The notes under the pieces: model-generated
Seen by the model: only the letters and a program-made list of their open reading frames with translations
Database searches by the model: none
Told to the model about the DNA's origin: nothing
Shown: positions 1-10,133 of the stretch, piece by piece
How positions within the stretch are numbered: position 1 is the first letter of the stretch
Layout: every line of letters starts with the position of its first letter
Position numbers and translations under genes: made by a program
From: Spirochaetia bacterium
GTDB taxonomy: Bacteria; Spirochaetota; Spirochaetia; SZUA-6; Bin103
DNA length: 64,000 nucleotides
Reading direction: 5' to 3'
Assembly: GCA_965203515.1 (NCBI GenBank)
Contig: OZ241907.1
Coordinates: 1,696,001 to 1,760,000, forward strand

Positions 1-627
1 GAACCAGTACGGGGCGTACGGCGCCAGCAGCTCGGCCATGCGGGCGGCCACCTCCGTCGGCCAGGACATGTAGCAGTCGATCATGAGCTGCGCGGTCGGC
101 CCCAGCGCCGCGCGCGCCGCCGCCAGCCGTTCGGCGGCGCGGTCGAAATCGGCCTCGCCGCGCCAGCGGTGCGACAGCTTCATCGCCGCATAGCCGTAGC
201 GCGCCGCCAGCTCCACGTCGTCGCCGGTGGCGTAGGCGCGGACCCGCCCCTTGCTGCGCGGGCCGATGAGTCGGTGCACCGGACACCGTTCGGCGCGCGC
301 CAGCGCGTCCCAGAGCGCCAGATCGACCCCGCTCAGCGCCATCTGCGCCACGCCGCCGCGGCCGTAGGGGATCGACACGCGGTAGAGCTCGTCCCAGGCG
401 GCGGCGATGGCGGCTGCGTCGTCGATCGATCGCCCGATCAGAAAGCGGCGGAGGTGGTCGTTGATCACGTGCACGGCCGGCTGACCGCCGCCGCCGTAGC
501 CGTAGCCGGTCACGCCGGCGTCGGTGACCACGCGCACCGCGATCTGCCAGAAGTGCGCCTGCCACGCATCGGCCGGCGGCAGGCGCCGCCACTTCGGGTA
601 GGCGGCGCGCACGTCGGTCACCTTCAT
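1..627 (-). CDS. Mandelate racemase/muconate lactonizing enzyme (enolase superfamily) protein; 3' end runs off the window
   Basis: My translation from ATG 627 gives MKVTDVRAAYP...VRVVTDAGVTGYG...SGVDLALWDA...RVRAYATG...LMIDCY. The ATG overlaps the upstream stop (ATGA). Not in the ORF track because it is truncated. Confidence 0.85.
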   Translation of the reverse strand, partial: MKVTDVRAAYPKWRRLPPADAWQAHFWQIAVRVVTDAGVTGYGYGGGGQPAVHVINDHLRRFLIGRSIDDAAAIAAAWDELYRVSIPYGRGGVAQMALSGVDLALWDALARAERCPVHRLIGPRSKGRVRAYATGDDVELAARYGYAAMKLSHRWRGEADFDRAAERLAAARAALGPTAQLMIDCYMSWPTEVAARMAELLAPYAPYWF

Positions 628-1505
628 CGGACCAGCTCCCCCGCTGCGGCGGGGATCCAGGTCTCGCGGCCGTCGATCAAACGTATGCGCCACCACTCGC
701 CGCGATCTTCCAGCAATCGAAACTCCGTGCCGCCGTGCAGCGCCGACCCGAAGCCGGGCTCGTACGAATGGCCGTCACCCTGCCGGGCGACCACCGAGAC
801 GGCGGTGATCACGCCGGGCGCCGCCGCCGCGTCGATCACGTCCGCCGCCAGCGACGCGGCCAGTGCCCCGGCGAGCAGCAGGCAGGCGGCGCCGGCCGGT
901 CGCAGCCAGCGCGCGCGCCGCGCGCCGGCGGTCAGCATGCGCAGCAGGACGCCCGCCCAGAACGTCGTCCAGAGCGCCAGGAAGGCGATCGCGCGGGTTC
1001 GCGCGGGCACCAGGTCGTGCCAGAACAGCACGACGCGGGCGACCCCGGCCGACACCGGCTCCTCGATGCTGTCGGTGCGCAACCGGCGCGCGTAGGCCAG
1101 TCCGCGGCGCACGTTGCGATCGCCGGGCACCAGCTCCGCCGCACGCCGATACATCAGCACCGCGCGGCCCACGTCACCGAGCCGCAGATAGGTGTTGGCC
1201 GCATTGTAGGCGAGCAGGCCGTTGCTCCAGCCGGTCGCGGCTCCCACCCGCTCGTAGCGGAGCAGCGCGCCGCGCAGCGCCTCGGCGGCTGCCGCGTTCC
1301 GGCCGGCGGTCTCCAGCTCGTCGGCCGTTCGATAGCGTTCGGCCGCTTCGCGCAGGAGCGCGCCGGCGTCGATCGCGCCGGGCGCCGGTTGCGCGGTCGC
1401 CCACGCGGCGACGGCAAGCGCCGGCAACAGGGCCGCGGCGTGCCGTGCCCGGTGGGCGATCCGATGGGCGATCCGGTGGGCGATCCGATGCGGGACCTGC
1501 GTCAC
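624..1505 (-). CDS. BatE-like TPR + SH3-like protein
   Basis: C-terminal part of the 878-aa ORF. It has a TPR (YNAANTYLRLGDVGRAVLMYRRA), TM segments and an SH3b-like tail (LHGGTEFRLLE..GEWWRIRLIDGRETWIP). GTG 1505 overlaps the BatD stop. Confidence 0.75.
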   Translation of the reverse strand: MTQVPHRIAHRIAHRIAHRARHAAALLPALAVAAWATAQPAPGAIDAGALLREAAERYRTADELETAGRNAAAAEALRGALLRYERVGAATGWSNGLLAYNAANTYLRLGDVGRAVLMYRRAAELVPGDRNVRRGLAYARRLRTDSIEEPVSAGVARVVLFWHDLVPARTRAIAFLALWTTFWAGVLLRMLTAGARRARWLRPAGAACLLLAGALAASLAADVIDAAAAPGVITAVSVVARQGDGHSYEPGFGSALHGGTEFRLLEDRGEWWRIRLIDGRETWIPAAAGELVR

Positions 1506-3325
1506 GATCCGCCCCCGCTGGTCAGGAACGGGTCCACCGCCTCCGCCCATTGCCGGATGCGGGCGCCGAGCGCCTCGGCCGGCGCGGCGCCGTAGCGGGC
1601 CGCGTCCAACCGCTCCAGGATGTCCTGCAGCTCCTCCACCAGCTCGGGCGCGGCGCCGCGCTCCCGGAGCGCCCGCTCCCACCCCGCGGGTCCCGCCGCG
1701 CCGGCCGCGTCGATGCGGGCGTGCAGGTAGCCGTGCAGGGCGGGCGCCAACGCCGCCGGGTCGTCTCCCGCCTCGGCGACCGACCGCCGCAGGCGGGCCA
1801 GGGCGCCGCGCGCCGCCGGCGCCGCCGCGGCGATCCGCCGCAGCCGCCTCCACAGCGCGACGATGCCCGCCGCCGCCGGGCCTGCGGCCAGCAGCGCCAC
1901 GCCGGCGGGAGACCCCGCGAACGCCGCGGCGTCGAAGCGCTGGCGACGGAGCAAGCGGTCCCCTTCGTAGTTGTGGGCGATGCCGTCGGCCGCGGCGGCA
2001 AGCCCGCCGCCTTCGGCCGAGGGCGGGTCGCCGCCCTCCACGTCGCGCAACGTCACCTGCCGGGCCGGCTGCACGTCGAGCGCGATCGGCGCGCTCGACG
2101 TCTCCGCGTACGCGCCGCGCTGCGGATCGAAGTAGGAGAGCCGCACCGGCGGAACGGCGCTCACCGAGTCGCGCAGGGCGCGGATCGTCGCGCGGAACAC
2201 GGCCCGGGACGGAAACCGGCCGGATGAACGCTCCACCCGCTGCGCTCCCACCCGGAAGTCCCCGACCTGGTCGAGACGGGTCAGATCGACCTCGGCCAAG
2301 CCGGCAAGGTCCCCTGATCCGCGCACCGTCACCTGCAGGGAGATCGGATCGCCCACCTTGGGGTTCGTCGGCGCGGCGACCGCGGCGACCTCGAAGCTCC
2401 CGACCAGTCCGGAGAAGTGATCGGGACGCCCGGCCGCCGGCAGCGGCTCGACCTGCAGCTCCTGCGGCTCTGAGGCGATCACCAGCCGGCGCACGTCGCG
2501 GATCGTACGGCCGAACCGGTCGCGCGCGGTGCGGAAGCTGGCGACACCCTCGAACGCCACCGTGGCCGCCGGCACCTGCAGGCGGCCCGGCGCGCGCGGC
2601 ACCGCGGTCAGCTCGAAGACCAGCGCCTGATAGGCGGCGCCCCCCAGGCGCAGGGAGCCGCGCGCGGCCATGAGGTCGGTGCCGTGCACGGTCAACTCCA
2701 CCGTCTCGCCCTGCGCAGGACGGATCTCCACGTCGAAGTCGGCAGAGTGCATCACCGGATGGGAGAAGCTCAGGAGGCGCCGCGGTCCCAGCCCCTCCTG
2801 CCACATCCAGGTGGTGGTCACGGTGATCGGCTGCCCGACCCACGCGCGGTCGACGGACGTGCGGACGAGCAACCGGTACTCGTCGATCGACTGCGGCGCG
2901 AAGACGGTTACGGCGAGCGGCTGCGTCGACAGGCGCCGGCCGATCACGGTGAGTCCGATCGCGGGGATCTCCAGCCGGCCCGGGCGGGAGGGGACCAGCT
3001 CGTAGTTGAGGATATAGCTCCGCTCCACCCGGCGGGTGGTCCGGCCGTTGACGATCGTGATCGACTCGCTGTTGTTGGGGCCGGCCGACAGCGGCCGCAC
3101 GGCCACGCCGTCCAGCGGCGGCAGGTCGACCTCCGGGGCGGCGTCGCTGCCCTCGACCCGGACCTGCAGGTTGAACGGCACGCCCACCTCGGTTTCGGCG
3201 GCGCTCACCGACGCGCGCGCCGCCAGCGACTGCGCCGCGATCGGCATGCTCAGGCCGCACAGCGCCGCCAGCGCCAGGCCGGCGCGGACCACACGCCGGA
3301 CGCCGGCGTCACTCAGGGGTTCCAC
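1502..3325 (-). CDS. BatD family protein
   Basis: Signal peptide, repeated Ig-like BatD units (SITIVNG, GLVGSF, SYFDP), C-terminal TM segment; lies in a Bat operon. Confidence 0.85.
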   Translation of the reverse strand: MEPLSDAGVRRVVRAGLALAALCGLSMPIAAQSLAARASVSAAETEVGVPFNLQVRVEGSDAAPEVDLPPLDGVAVRPLSAGPNNSESITIVNGRTTRRVERSYILNYELVPSRPGRLEIPAIGLTVIGRRLSTQPLAVTVFAPQSIDEYRLLVRTSVDRAWVGQPITVTTTWMWQEGLGPRRLLSFSHPVMHSADFDVEIRPAQGETVELTVHGTDLMAARGSLRLGGAAYQALVFELTAVPRAPGRLQVPAATVAFEGVASFRTARDRFGRTIRDVRRLVIASEPQELQVEPLPAAGRPDHFSGLVGSFEVAAVAAPTNPKVGDPISLQVTVRGSGDLAGLAEVDLTRLDQVGDFRVGAQRVERSSGRFPSRAVFRATIRALRDSVSAVPPVRLSYFDPQRGAYAETSSAPIALDVQPARQVTLRDVEGGDPPSAEGGGLAAAADGIAHNYEGDRLLRRQRFDAAAFAGSPAGVALLAAGPAAAGIVALWRRLRRIAAAAPAARGALARLRRSVAEAGDDPAALAPALHGYLHARIDAAGAAGPAGWERALRERGAAPELVEELQDILERLDAARYGAAPAEALGARIRQWAEAVDPFLTSGGGS

Positions 3326-3328
3326 GGC

Positions 3329-5230
3329 TCACCAGTCGCGCTCCACCGGCTCGGTACGGAGCTGTTCCCGGCGGCGCTGCTCCGCGCGCTCTTCTTCCTC
3401 GGCGATGATCGACCGCGCCAGCTCGTCGGGCTCGAGGTCCGGGGCTTCGCCGGCTGCCGGCTGCGGCTGAGCCGGCTGCTGCTCCGGGGGCTCCTCGGCG
3501 CCGCCGGCCTGCTCCGGCGATCGGTCCGCCCCATCGGCGCCCGCCGCGTCCTGCCCGGCGTTCTGCCGCTCCTGCTCCCCCTGCTCGTCCTGCTCCCCCT
3601 GCGGCCCGCCCGTGGATCGCTCGGGCGGGGGAAGCTGTTCCCGAAGCTGCCGCAGGCGCAGCCGCGTGACCTCCAGATTATGCGCGGCGTCTTCCCAGTC
3701 CGGGGCCAGGTCGAGCGCCCGCCGGTAGGACCGCGCCGCCGCGGTCAGACCGGCGATCGCCGCCTGGGGATCGGCCGGCGCGCCGCCGGCCGCCGCCATC
3801 GCCTGCTCGACCGCGCGCACGCCCGCGTTCCCCAATGCGAAGTGGCCGGCCGCCGCCAGCTCCGGGCGGCCCGCCTCCTCGACCGCCTGTTGCAGCAGGT
3901 CCGCGGCGCCCTCCAGGTTACCGGCGCGATAGGCGGAGATACCGCCGTCGTAGCGCAGCTCGGCTACCTCCGGACGGGCTTCCGCGGCGGCGCCGAAGGC
4001 GGCGGCGGCGTCCCGGAAGCGGCCGTCCGCGTACGCCCGCCGCCCGTCGCGCTCGGCCCGCTCCGGGACGCCGGCCGCCCGCACCGGCGGCGGCGCCGCG
4101 AGCGCCGCCGCGGCAGCCAGCAGCGCGGTCGCCGCGGCCAACGCGCGCGAGCGGCCCGATCGCCCCCCTGACCGCGGTCCCTGCCGGCGGCCCTCCTGCC
4201 GGTGACCCGTTCGCCGGCGAACGGGCCGGATCAGGTCGGGGAGCAGGAACTCCAGCGCCAGCAGCGCCAGCGCCGCGGCCAGGAACGGCTGGAAGCGCTC
4301 CTGAAATACCTCGCGCTCGGTGCTTTCCAGCAGCCGCCGGTCGGCGCTGGCGATGAGCTGGACGTACAGGGCTCCCAGATCGAAGGTGCCGGTCGCCACG
4401 TTCACGTAGCGCCCGCCCGGAGTCACGCCGGCCAGCTCACGCAACGCCTGGCCGTCCAGGGTGGTGAGCACCGGCCGGCCTTCGTACTGCAGGTAACCCT
4501 CGTCGGAGCCGGCGTCCGGGATCGGCTGTCCGGTGATCTCGTCGCCCAACCCGACGGCGATGATTCGCGCGCCCAGCGCCCCCAGCTCGCCGGCCGCCTG
4601 CAGCGGCAGGCTCCCCTGGTCGCCGCCGTCGGTAATCAGCACGACGTCCCGGAACGGGCCGACCTGCTCGTCGAAGACCGAATCGCGCACCACGCGCAGG
4701 GCGTCGCCGATCAGCGTGCCGCCGCGCGACACGCTGTCGGTCGATAACCGCTCCACCGCCAACCTCACGAAACCGTAGTCGAAGGTGAGCGGGCTCTTCA
4801 CCACCGCCGTACCGGCAAAGGCGACCAGCGCTACGCGGTCGCCTCTCAGCACCTCCAGGGTGTCCAGGATCGCCAGCCTGGCCCGCTCCAGGCGGTTCGG
4901 CGCCAAGTCCTGCGCCAGCATGCTGCGCGAGACGTCGACCACGAACACCACGTCGCGGCCGCGCCGCTCGACCGTTCGCGTCTCCGGGGTCCAGCCGGGC
5001 CGCGCCAGCGCGACCACGATCAGGACCACCGCGGCCACCAGCAGGCCGCCCTTGAGCGGGCGCGCGTTGCGGCGCCCGGCGCGAAGCTGCGGTCGGTCGC
5101 CGGCGAACCGGAGCAGCGCGCGGCGCCGGCGCAGGGAAGCGTGGATGAGCAGGGCGACCAGCGGGGGTATCGCCCAGAGCAGCAGGAACGCGTCCGGGGA
5201 GGTGAGCCGTACGCCGCCGGTCAGCTCCAT
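3329..5230 (-). CDS. BatB-type vWA domain fused to BatC-like TPR domain
   Basis: MIDAS DVSRSM, LAPNRL and ITDGGD motifs, then TPRs and an acidic tail ending PVERDW. Start assigned to ATG 5230. Confidence 0.85.
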   Translation of the reverse strand: MELTGGVRLTSPDAFLLLWAIPPLVALLIHASLRRRRALLRFAGDRPQLRAGRRNARPLKGGLLVAAVVLIVVALARPGWTPETRTVERRGRDVVFVVDVSRSMLAQDLAPNRLERARLAILDTLEVLRGDRVALVAFAGTAVVKSPLTFDYGFVRLAVERLSTDSVSRGGTLIGDALRVVRDSVFDEQVGPFRDVVLITDGGDQGSLPLQAAGELGALGARIIAVGLGDEITGQPIPDAGSDEGYLQYEGRPVLTTLDGQALRELAGVTPGGRYVNVATGTFDLGALYVQLIASADRRLLESTEREVFQERFQPFLAAALALLALEFLLPDLIRPVRRRTGHRQEGRRQGPRSGGRSGRSRALAAATALLAAAAALAAPPPVRAAGVPERAERDGRRAYADGRFRDAAAAFGAAAEARPEVAELRYDGGISAYRAGNLEGAADLLQQAVEEAGRPELAAAGHFALGNAGVRAVEQAMAAAGGAPADPQAAIAGLTAAARSYRRALDLAPDWEDAAHNLEVTRLRLRQLREQLPPPERSTGGPQGEQDEQGEQERQNAGQDAAGADGADRSPEQAGGAEEPPEQQPAQPQPAAGEAPDLEPDELARSIIAEEEERAEQRRREQLRTEPVERDW

Positions 5231-5234
5231 CGCC

Positions 5235-6275
5235 TTACGGAGTCCTCCGGAACACGGTGGCGGTGAGCGCCGCGGCCGCCGCCGCCGCACCGAGCGCGCC
5301 CAGCGCCCACGGCGCGAACCGTTCGCGGAAGTCGACGTACCGGACCGACTCCACCTCGCTCGTCTCCAGGCGGTCGATCTCACGGTAGATCGCCGCCAGC
5401 GACTCGGCGTCATCCGCCATGCGGAACAGCCCGCCGGTACGTTCCGCCAGCGCCTGCAGCGCGGCGGCGTCGACCGGTTGGCCGGCCGGCAGGCGGAAGG
5501 TGCCGAGCGGGGTGCGCACGGTCTGTTCGGGAGCGCCCACGCCGATGCCGATCGCGTACACCTTGATGCCCCAGCCCGCCGCCAGCTCCCCGGCCTGCGC
5601 CGGGGTGCGCGCGCCGGCGTTGTGGCTGCCGTCGGTGAGCAGGATGATCACCTTGCTCTTGATCTCGTAGTCGTCGCGGGAGCCGAGCGCCTCTTCGGCG
5701 ACGCGCAGGCGGGCGGCCGCCAGCGCCAGCGCGTCGCCGATCGCGGTTCCGTCCTCACTGCGCTCGGTCACGACCTCCACGCCGCTCAGGAATCGGTCCA
5801 GGGTCCGGTGCGACAGCGTCAGCGGCAGCACCGTTTCCGGGTAGCGGGCAAAGGTGACGAGCCCCACCAGGTCGTTCGGCCGGCCGTCCAGCCCTGCCTC
5901 GTCGCCGTGCACGAAGCGGGCGACCACCTGCTTGACGGCGTCCAGGCGCGTCGGCCCGCGGTCGCCGATCGGCGCCACCATGCTGCCCGAGCGATCGACC
6001 ACGATCTCGATGGCGATGCCGCGGCTGACGTCCACGACCTGCTCCAGGCCTTCGCGGGGCCGCGCCAGCGCCACGACCAGCAAGGCCAGGGCCAGCAGCT
6101 TGAGCGCCGCCGGCAGCCACTCCAGCCGGTGGCGCAGCGACGGCCGGATGCCGCTCGGCACCGCCACCGACGGGAAGCCCACGCCGATGCGGGCGCGCGC
6201 CGCCCAGGCGCGCACCGCCGGCAGCATCGCCACCACCCCCAGCAACGCCAGCGCCCACGTCGTCTCGAACCTCAC
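5235..6275 (-). CDS. BatA-type vWA membrane protein
   Basis: ALARP, DRSGSM MIDAS, GTAIGDAL, ILLTDG and IDRLE motifs. GTG 6275 overlaps the upstream stop. Confidence 0.88.
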   Translation of the reverse strand: MRFETTWALALLGVVAMLPAVRAWAARARIGVGFPSVAVPSGIRPSLRHRLEWLPAALKLLALALLVVALARPREGLEQVVDVSRGIAIEIVVDRSGSMVAPIGDRGPTRLDAVKQVVARFVHGDEAGLDGRPNDLVGLVTFARYPETVLPLTLSHRTLDRFLSGVEVVTERSEDGTAIGDALALAAARLRVAEEALGSRDDYEIKSKVIILLTDGSHNAGARTPAQAGELAAGWGIKVYAIGIGVGAPEQTVRTPLGTFRLPAGQPVDAAALQALAERTGGLFRMADDAESLAAIYREIDRLETSEVESVRYVDFRERFAPWALGALGAAAAAAALTATVFRRTP

Positions 6276-7297
6276 CGCGCTGTCCCTGCGGCGCCGGCGC
6301 CGGGCGCTTCGACGGAGGCCGCGTTCGCGGCCGCCGCCTCCGCGGTCGCGTGCACGAAGCCGCGGGCGGTAGCAGTGACGCGAGTGGTCTCGGCCGCCGA
6401 GGGCCGCGCCCGCGCGAACTTCACCGCGTCGCAGGCGGCCAGGAACGCCCGCAGCGTCCGCTGCCGTTCCCGGTCGAAGGTCGCCCCCGCCTCGGCGGCC
6501 GCCAGGAACTCCTCGGTCGTCTGTTCCGGGGCGCGCAGGCCGAACCGCGCCTCCACGTACCGGCGCAGAATCGACGAGACCGCCACGTAGAACCGATCCA
6601 GGTCGGCCCGGAGCGCGTCGTCGCGCTCCAGGCCGTCCAGCGCGCGCAGCGCGATCACGGCGGGCGGCTCGGCGGGCGCCGGCCGGCGCGCGGCGGCGCG
6701 CCGCCGCCGGCGAACCGCCGCCGCCACCGCCGCGGCAACCCCCAGCGCGGCGACGCCGGCCAGCACCGGCCGCCACCAGCGCAGCGGCGCCGGGATCGGA
6801 GCGCCGACCTCGCGCAGCTCCGGGACCGCCTCCGCGCCGTCCGGCGCCGCCTCTCCGGCGGCCCGGTCGTCGGCGCCCAGCACCGAACTCACCTGCACCG
6901 TCAGCGCTTCGGTCGACAGCGTCGCCGCCTCCTGCCCCGGCGCCGTCCAACCGACCGCCAGCTCGGGCAGCGGGTAGTCCCCGGCCAGGAACGGCTCGAG
7001 CCGGTAGCCGCGCGCGTGCCGCGTTCGCCCGTCGCCGGTGAGGGTCGGCGGCTCCGTACGGATCTGCACGTCGAACCCGCTGCCGGTGAACTGTTCGGCG
7101 CCCGGCAGCCGCACCGCCACCCCTTCGGGCGCGTCGACCTCGACTTCGACCCGGACGACCTGCGCCGTGGTGATCCGCAACCGGTCGACGCGCAGGCGCA
7201 CGGCCACCGGATCGCCGGCATAGGCGTGATCGACATCCCAGGCCGCGGCGCCGCCGTCGGGCGACCGCACCGCCGCGCAGCCGGCGACCAGCGCCAC
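6272..7297 (-). CDS. Bat-operon membrane protein (DUF4381-like C-terminus)
   Basis: Ig-like N-terminus, TM helix, LRRYVEARFGLRAPEQTTEEF and DAVKFA. Start position uncertain. Confidence 0.75.
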   Translation of the reverse strand: MALVAGCAAVRSPDGGAAAWDVDHAYAGDPVAVRLRVDRLRITTAQVVRVEVEVDAPEGVAVRLPGAEQFTGSGFDVQIRTEPPTLTGDGRTRHARGYRLEPFLAGDYPLPELAVGWTAPGQEAATLSTEALTVQVSSVLGADDRAAGEAAPDGAEAVPELREVGAPIPAPLRWWRPVLAGVAALGVAAAVAAAVRRRRRAAARRPAPAEPPAVIALRALDGLERDDALRADLDRFYVAVSSILRRYVEARFGLRAPEQTTEEFLAAAEAGATFDRERQRTLRAFLAACDAVKFARARPSAAETTRVTATARGFVHATAEAAAANAASVEAPGAGAAGTAR

Positions 7298-7338
7298 CGC
7301 GGCGACCGCGGCGCCGCCGACCGCCGCGGACCGCCCTC

Positions 7339-8265
7339 TCAGGCCCAGGCTGCCCTCCTCTCCCGCATCCGAAAGAAGCTCACCAGCCGATCGACCCAGC
7401 CGGCGTCGGTACGGATCGGGATTTCGTCGATGCCGAGCTCGCGGAGCTGACGGGTGAGCGCCGCTCGCCGCTCGCTCGCCCGGCGCTCGTAATCGCGCCG
7501 CACGCGGCGGCTGCCGGTATCGAGCAGCGTGAGCCGCCCGGACTCGGCGTCCTCCAACTCGATCATGCCGGCCGCCGGCAGCTCCGCTTCACGCGGATCG
7601 AAGATCGACGCCGCGATGAGGTCGTGGCGGCGGGCGGCCATGCGCAGATCGGTCGTGACGGCGATCGGCGCGCCGGCGGCCGGCGCGGAGAGGGCAGCCG
7701 GCTCGCTCGCCAGAAAGTCGGAGATGAGAAACACGATAGCCCGCCGGCGCAGCACCAGATTGAGGTAGTGCATCGCGCCGGCCAGATCGGTTCCGGCGCC
7801 CGCCGGCCGGATCGAGAGTATCTCGCGCACGATACGGAGCACGTGCGTGATGCCCTTCTTGGCCGGCACGAACAGCTCGATGCGATCGCTGAACGCCAGC
7901 AGCCCGACGCGGTCGTTCTGGCGCGCGGCGGCGAAGGAGACCAGCGCCGCAAGCTCGGCCGCCACCTCGGTCTTGGCCTTGCCGGCGGAGCCGAAGCGGC
8001 CGGAGGCGGAGACGTCGACCATGAAGAATACGGTCAGCTCGCGCTCCTCCACGAAGCGCTTCACGTGCGGCCGGCCGGTGCGGGCGGTGACGTTCCAGTC
8101 GATGCTGCCGACGTCGTCGCCGGGCTGGTACTCGCGCACCTCGTCGAACTCCATCCCCTGCCCGCGGAACACGCTGCGGTACTCGCCCGCGAAGGCGGTG
8201 GTCACCGCGCGGCGCGTGCGGAGCTGGATGTAGCGTATCGTGCGGATCAATTCCGGCGAGATCAC
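7339..8265 (-). CDS. DUF58 protein
   Basis: FRGQGMEFDEVREYQPGDDVGSIDWNVTAR signature; directly follows MoxR. Confidence 0.92.
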   Translation of the reverse strand: MISPELIRTIRYIQLRTRRAVTTAFAGEYRSVFRGQGMEFDEVREYQPGDDVGSIDWNVTARTGRPHVKRFVEERELTVFFMVDVSASGRFGSAGKAKTEVAAELAALVSFAAARQNDRVGLLAFSDRIELFVPAKKGITHVLRIVREILSIRPAGAGTDLAGAMHYLNLVLRRRAIVFLISDFLASEPAALSAPAAGAPIAVTTDLRMAARRHDLIAASIFDPREAELPAAGMIELEDAESGRLTLLDTGSRRVRRDYERRASERRAALTRQLRELGIDEIPIRTDAGWVDRLVSFFRMRERRAAWA

Positions 8266-9242
8266 GGTACCGGCAGCGATTCGAGGATGATGGCGATCAG
8301 GTCGTCGGAGGTGCGCTCCTCGGCCTCCGCTTCGTACGTGACGATCACCCGATGGCGCAACACGTCCGGCGCCATGCTCTTGACGTCCTGCGGCGTCACG
8401 AAGCCGCGGCCCTGCAGCAGCGCGTGGGCGCGCGCGGCAAGCGTCAGGTAGATGGTGGCGCGCGGCGAGGCGCCGTACTCGATCAGGTTGCCGACGTCGA
8501 GGCCGAACGCGGCCGGCTCTCGCGTCGAGCGCACCAGGTCGACGATATATTCCTCCACCTTCTCGTCGAGGTAGATGCGATTGGCCAGCGCGCGCAGCCG
8601 CGCGAAGTCGGCCGGCTGCACGATCCCGTCGACCGGCGCCGGCTGATCGGTACGCGCCGCGCGCAGGATGGCCAGCTCTTCGTCGCGGTCGGGATAGCCC
8701 ACGACCACCTTCAGCATGAAGCGATCGACCTGCGCCTCCGGCAGCGGGTAGGTCCCCTCCTGCTCGATCGGGTTCTGGGTGGCCAGCACCATGAACGGGT
8801 CATCGAGCGGGTGCGTCTCGTCGCCGATCGACACCTGACGTTCCTGCATCGCCTCCAGCAGCGCGCTCTGCACCTTGGCGGGGGCGCGGTTGATCTCGTC
8901 GGCCAGCACGATGTTGGCAAAGATCGGCCCCTTCCTGGTGGTGAACGCTCCGCTTGCCGGGTTGTAGACCAGGGTGCCGATCAGGTCGGCCGGCAGCAGG
9001 TCGGGGGTGAACTGGATGCGATGGAAGCCGGCCCGGATCGCCTGCGCCAGCGTGGTGACCGCCAGCGTCTTGGCCAGGCCGGGGACGCCCTCGATCAGCA
9101 GATGGGCGTTGGAGATCAAGCCGATCAGCAGCCGGTCGAGCAGGCGGTCCTGGCCGATGATCCGCTTGCGGAGTTCGCGCCGCACCTGCGCGAGCGTGCC
9201 GCCCTCGCGCTCGACCTGCGCCGTTATCTCGCGTATGTCCAC
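8262..9242 (-). CDS. MoxR-family AAA+ ATPase
   Basis: GVPGLAKT, RIQFTPDLLPAD, DEINRAPAKVQSALLEAM, EGTYPLPEAQVDRF. Confidence 0.95.
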   Translation of the reverse strand: MDIREITAQVEREGGTLAQVRRELRKRIIGQDRLLDRLLIGLISNAHLLIEGVPGLAKTLAVTTLAQAIRAGFHRIQFTPDLLPADLIGTLVYNPASGAFTTRKGPIFANIVLADEINRAPAKVQSALLEAMQERQVSIGDETHPLDDPFMVLATQNPIEQEGTYPLPEAQVDRFMLKVVVGYPDRDEELAILRAARTDQPAPVDGIVQPADFARLRALANRIYLDEKVEEYIVDLVRSTREPAAFGLDVGNLIEYGASPRATIYLTLAARAHALLQGRGFVTPQDVKSMAPDVLRHRVIVTYEAEAEERTSDDLIAIILESLPVP

Positions 9243-9324
9243 GTCAGGTAAACACCGACCCGAAGCGCCGGGTTACCGCGCCGCGGGCGCCCGGCGGCGC
9301 CATCGCCGGCGCGGCCGTCGACGC

Positions 9325-10071
9325 TCAGCCCGTTCGCCCTCCCGCGACCCGCACGACCTCGCCGGTGATGTACCCGGAGACCAGCAGCCCGAAGATGGCG
9401 TCGGCCACGTCCTGCGGCTGCGCAGCGCGGCCCATGGGGATCTGGCCGGAGATCGCCTCGATCGTCTCCGCACTGAAGTCTTCGATCCAGCGGGTCTCCA
9501 CCAGCCCCGGGGCGACCGCGTTCACCTGGATGTCCGGCGCTTGACTGGCCGCCAGGCCGCGCGTCAGCGCGATCGCCGCGGCCTTGCTGGAGCCGTAGAC
9601 CAGCGAGCTGCCCTGCCCCGTGAAGCCGGCCAGCGAGGTGACCGTGACGATGTGGCCGCCGCCGGACCGGCGCATGTGCGGGATCGCCGCGCGGCAGCAC
9701 CAGAACACGCCGCTCACGTTGACGGCGTAGAGCCGCCGGAAGTCCCCCGGCATGATGTCGTCCAGGTCGGCCAGCGGCACCGGCCGCGTCGTGCCGGCGT
9801 TGTTGACCAGAAAGTCGAGCCGGCCAAGCTCGCCGGCCACCGCGTCGACCATCCTGGTCACGGCGGCGTCGTCGGACACGTCCGCCCGACACGCCATGGC
9901 CCGTACGCCGTGCGCCTCGGCGTCGGCGACCGTCCGCTCCGCATCCTCCCGCGAGCGCGAGTAGTTGACCGCGACCGCCGCGCCCTCGGCGGCGAGCATC
10001 AGCGAAGTCGCCCGGCCGATGCCGGTGCCTCCGCCGGTGACCAGCGCCACCTTTCCCTCGAATCGTCCCAT
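9325..10071 (-). CDS. SDR family oxidoreductase
   Basis: TGGGTGIG, NNAG and YGSSK motifs. Confidence 0.92.
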   Translation of the reverse strand: MGRFEGKVALVTGGGTGIGRATSLMLAAEGAAVAVNYSRSREDAERTVADAEAHGVRAMACRADVSDDAAVTRMVDAVAGELGRLDFLVNNAGTTRPVPLADLDDIMPGDFRRLYAVNVSGVFWCCRAAIPHMRRSGGGHIVTVTSLAGFTGQGSSLVYGSSKAAAIALTRGLAASQAPDIQVNAVAPGLVETRWIEDFSAETIEAISGQIPMGRAAQPQDVADAIFGLLVSGYITGEVVRVAGGRTG

Positions 10072-10133
10072 GCTGCCTCCCGCCTGCAGGATACGACATG
10101 ACGGCGGCGCGGGGTATCGCGTACCGTGCGCCC

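Noticed and set aside
624..3260. 878-aa ORF at full length
   Set aside because: The first ~585 codons are an Arg/Gly/Ala-rich shadow frame over BatD; only 624-1505 is credible.
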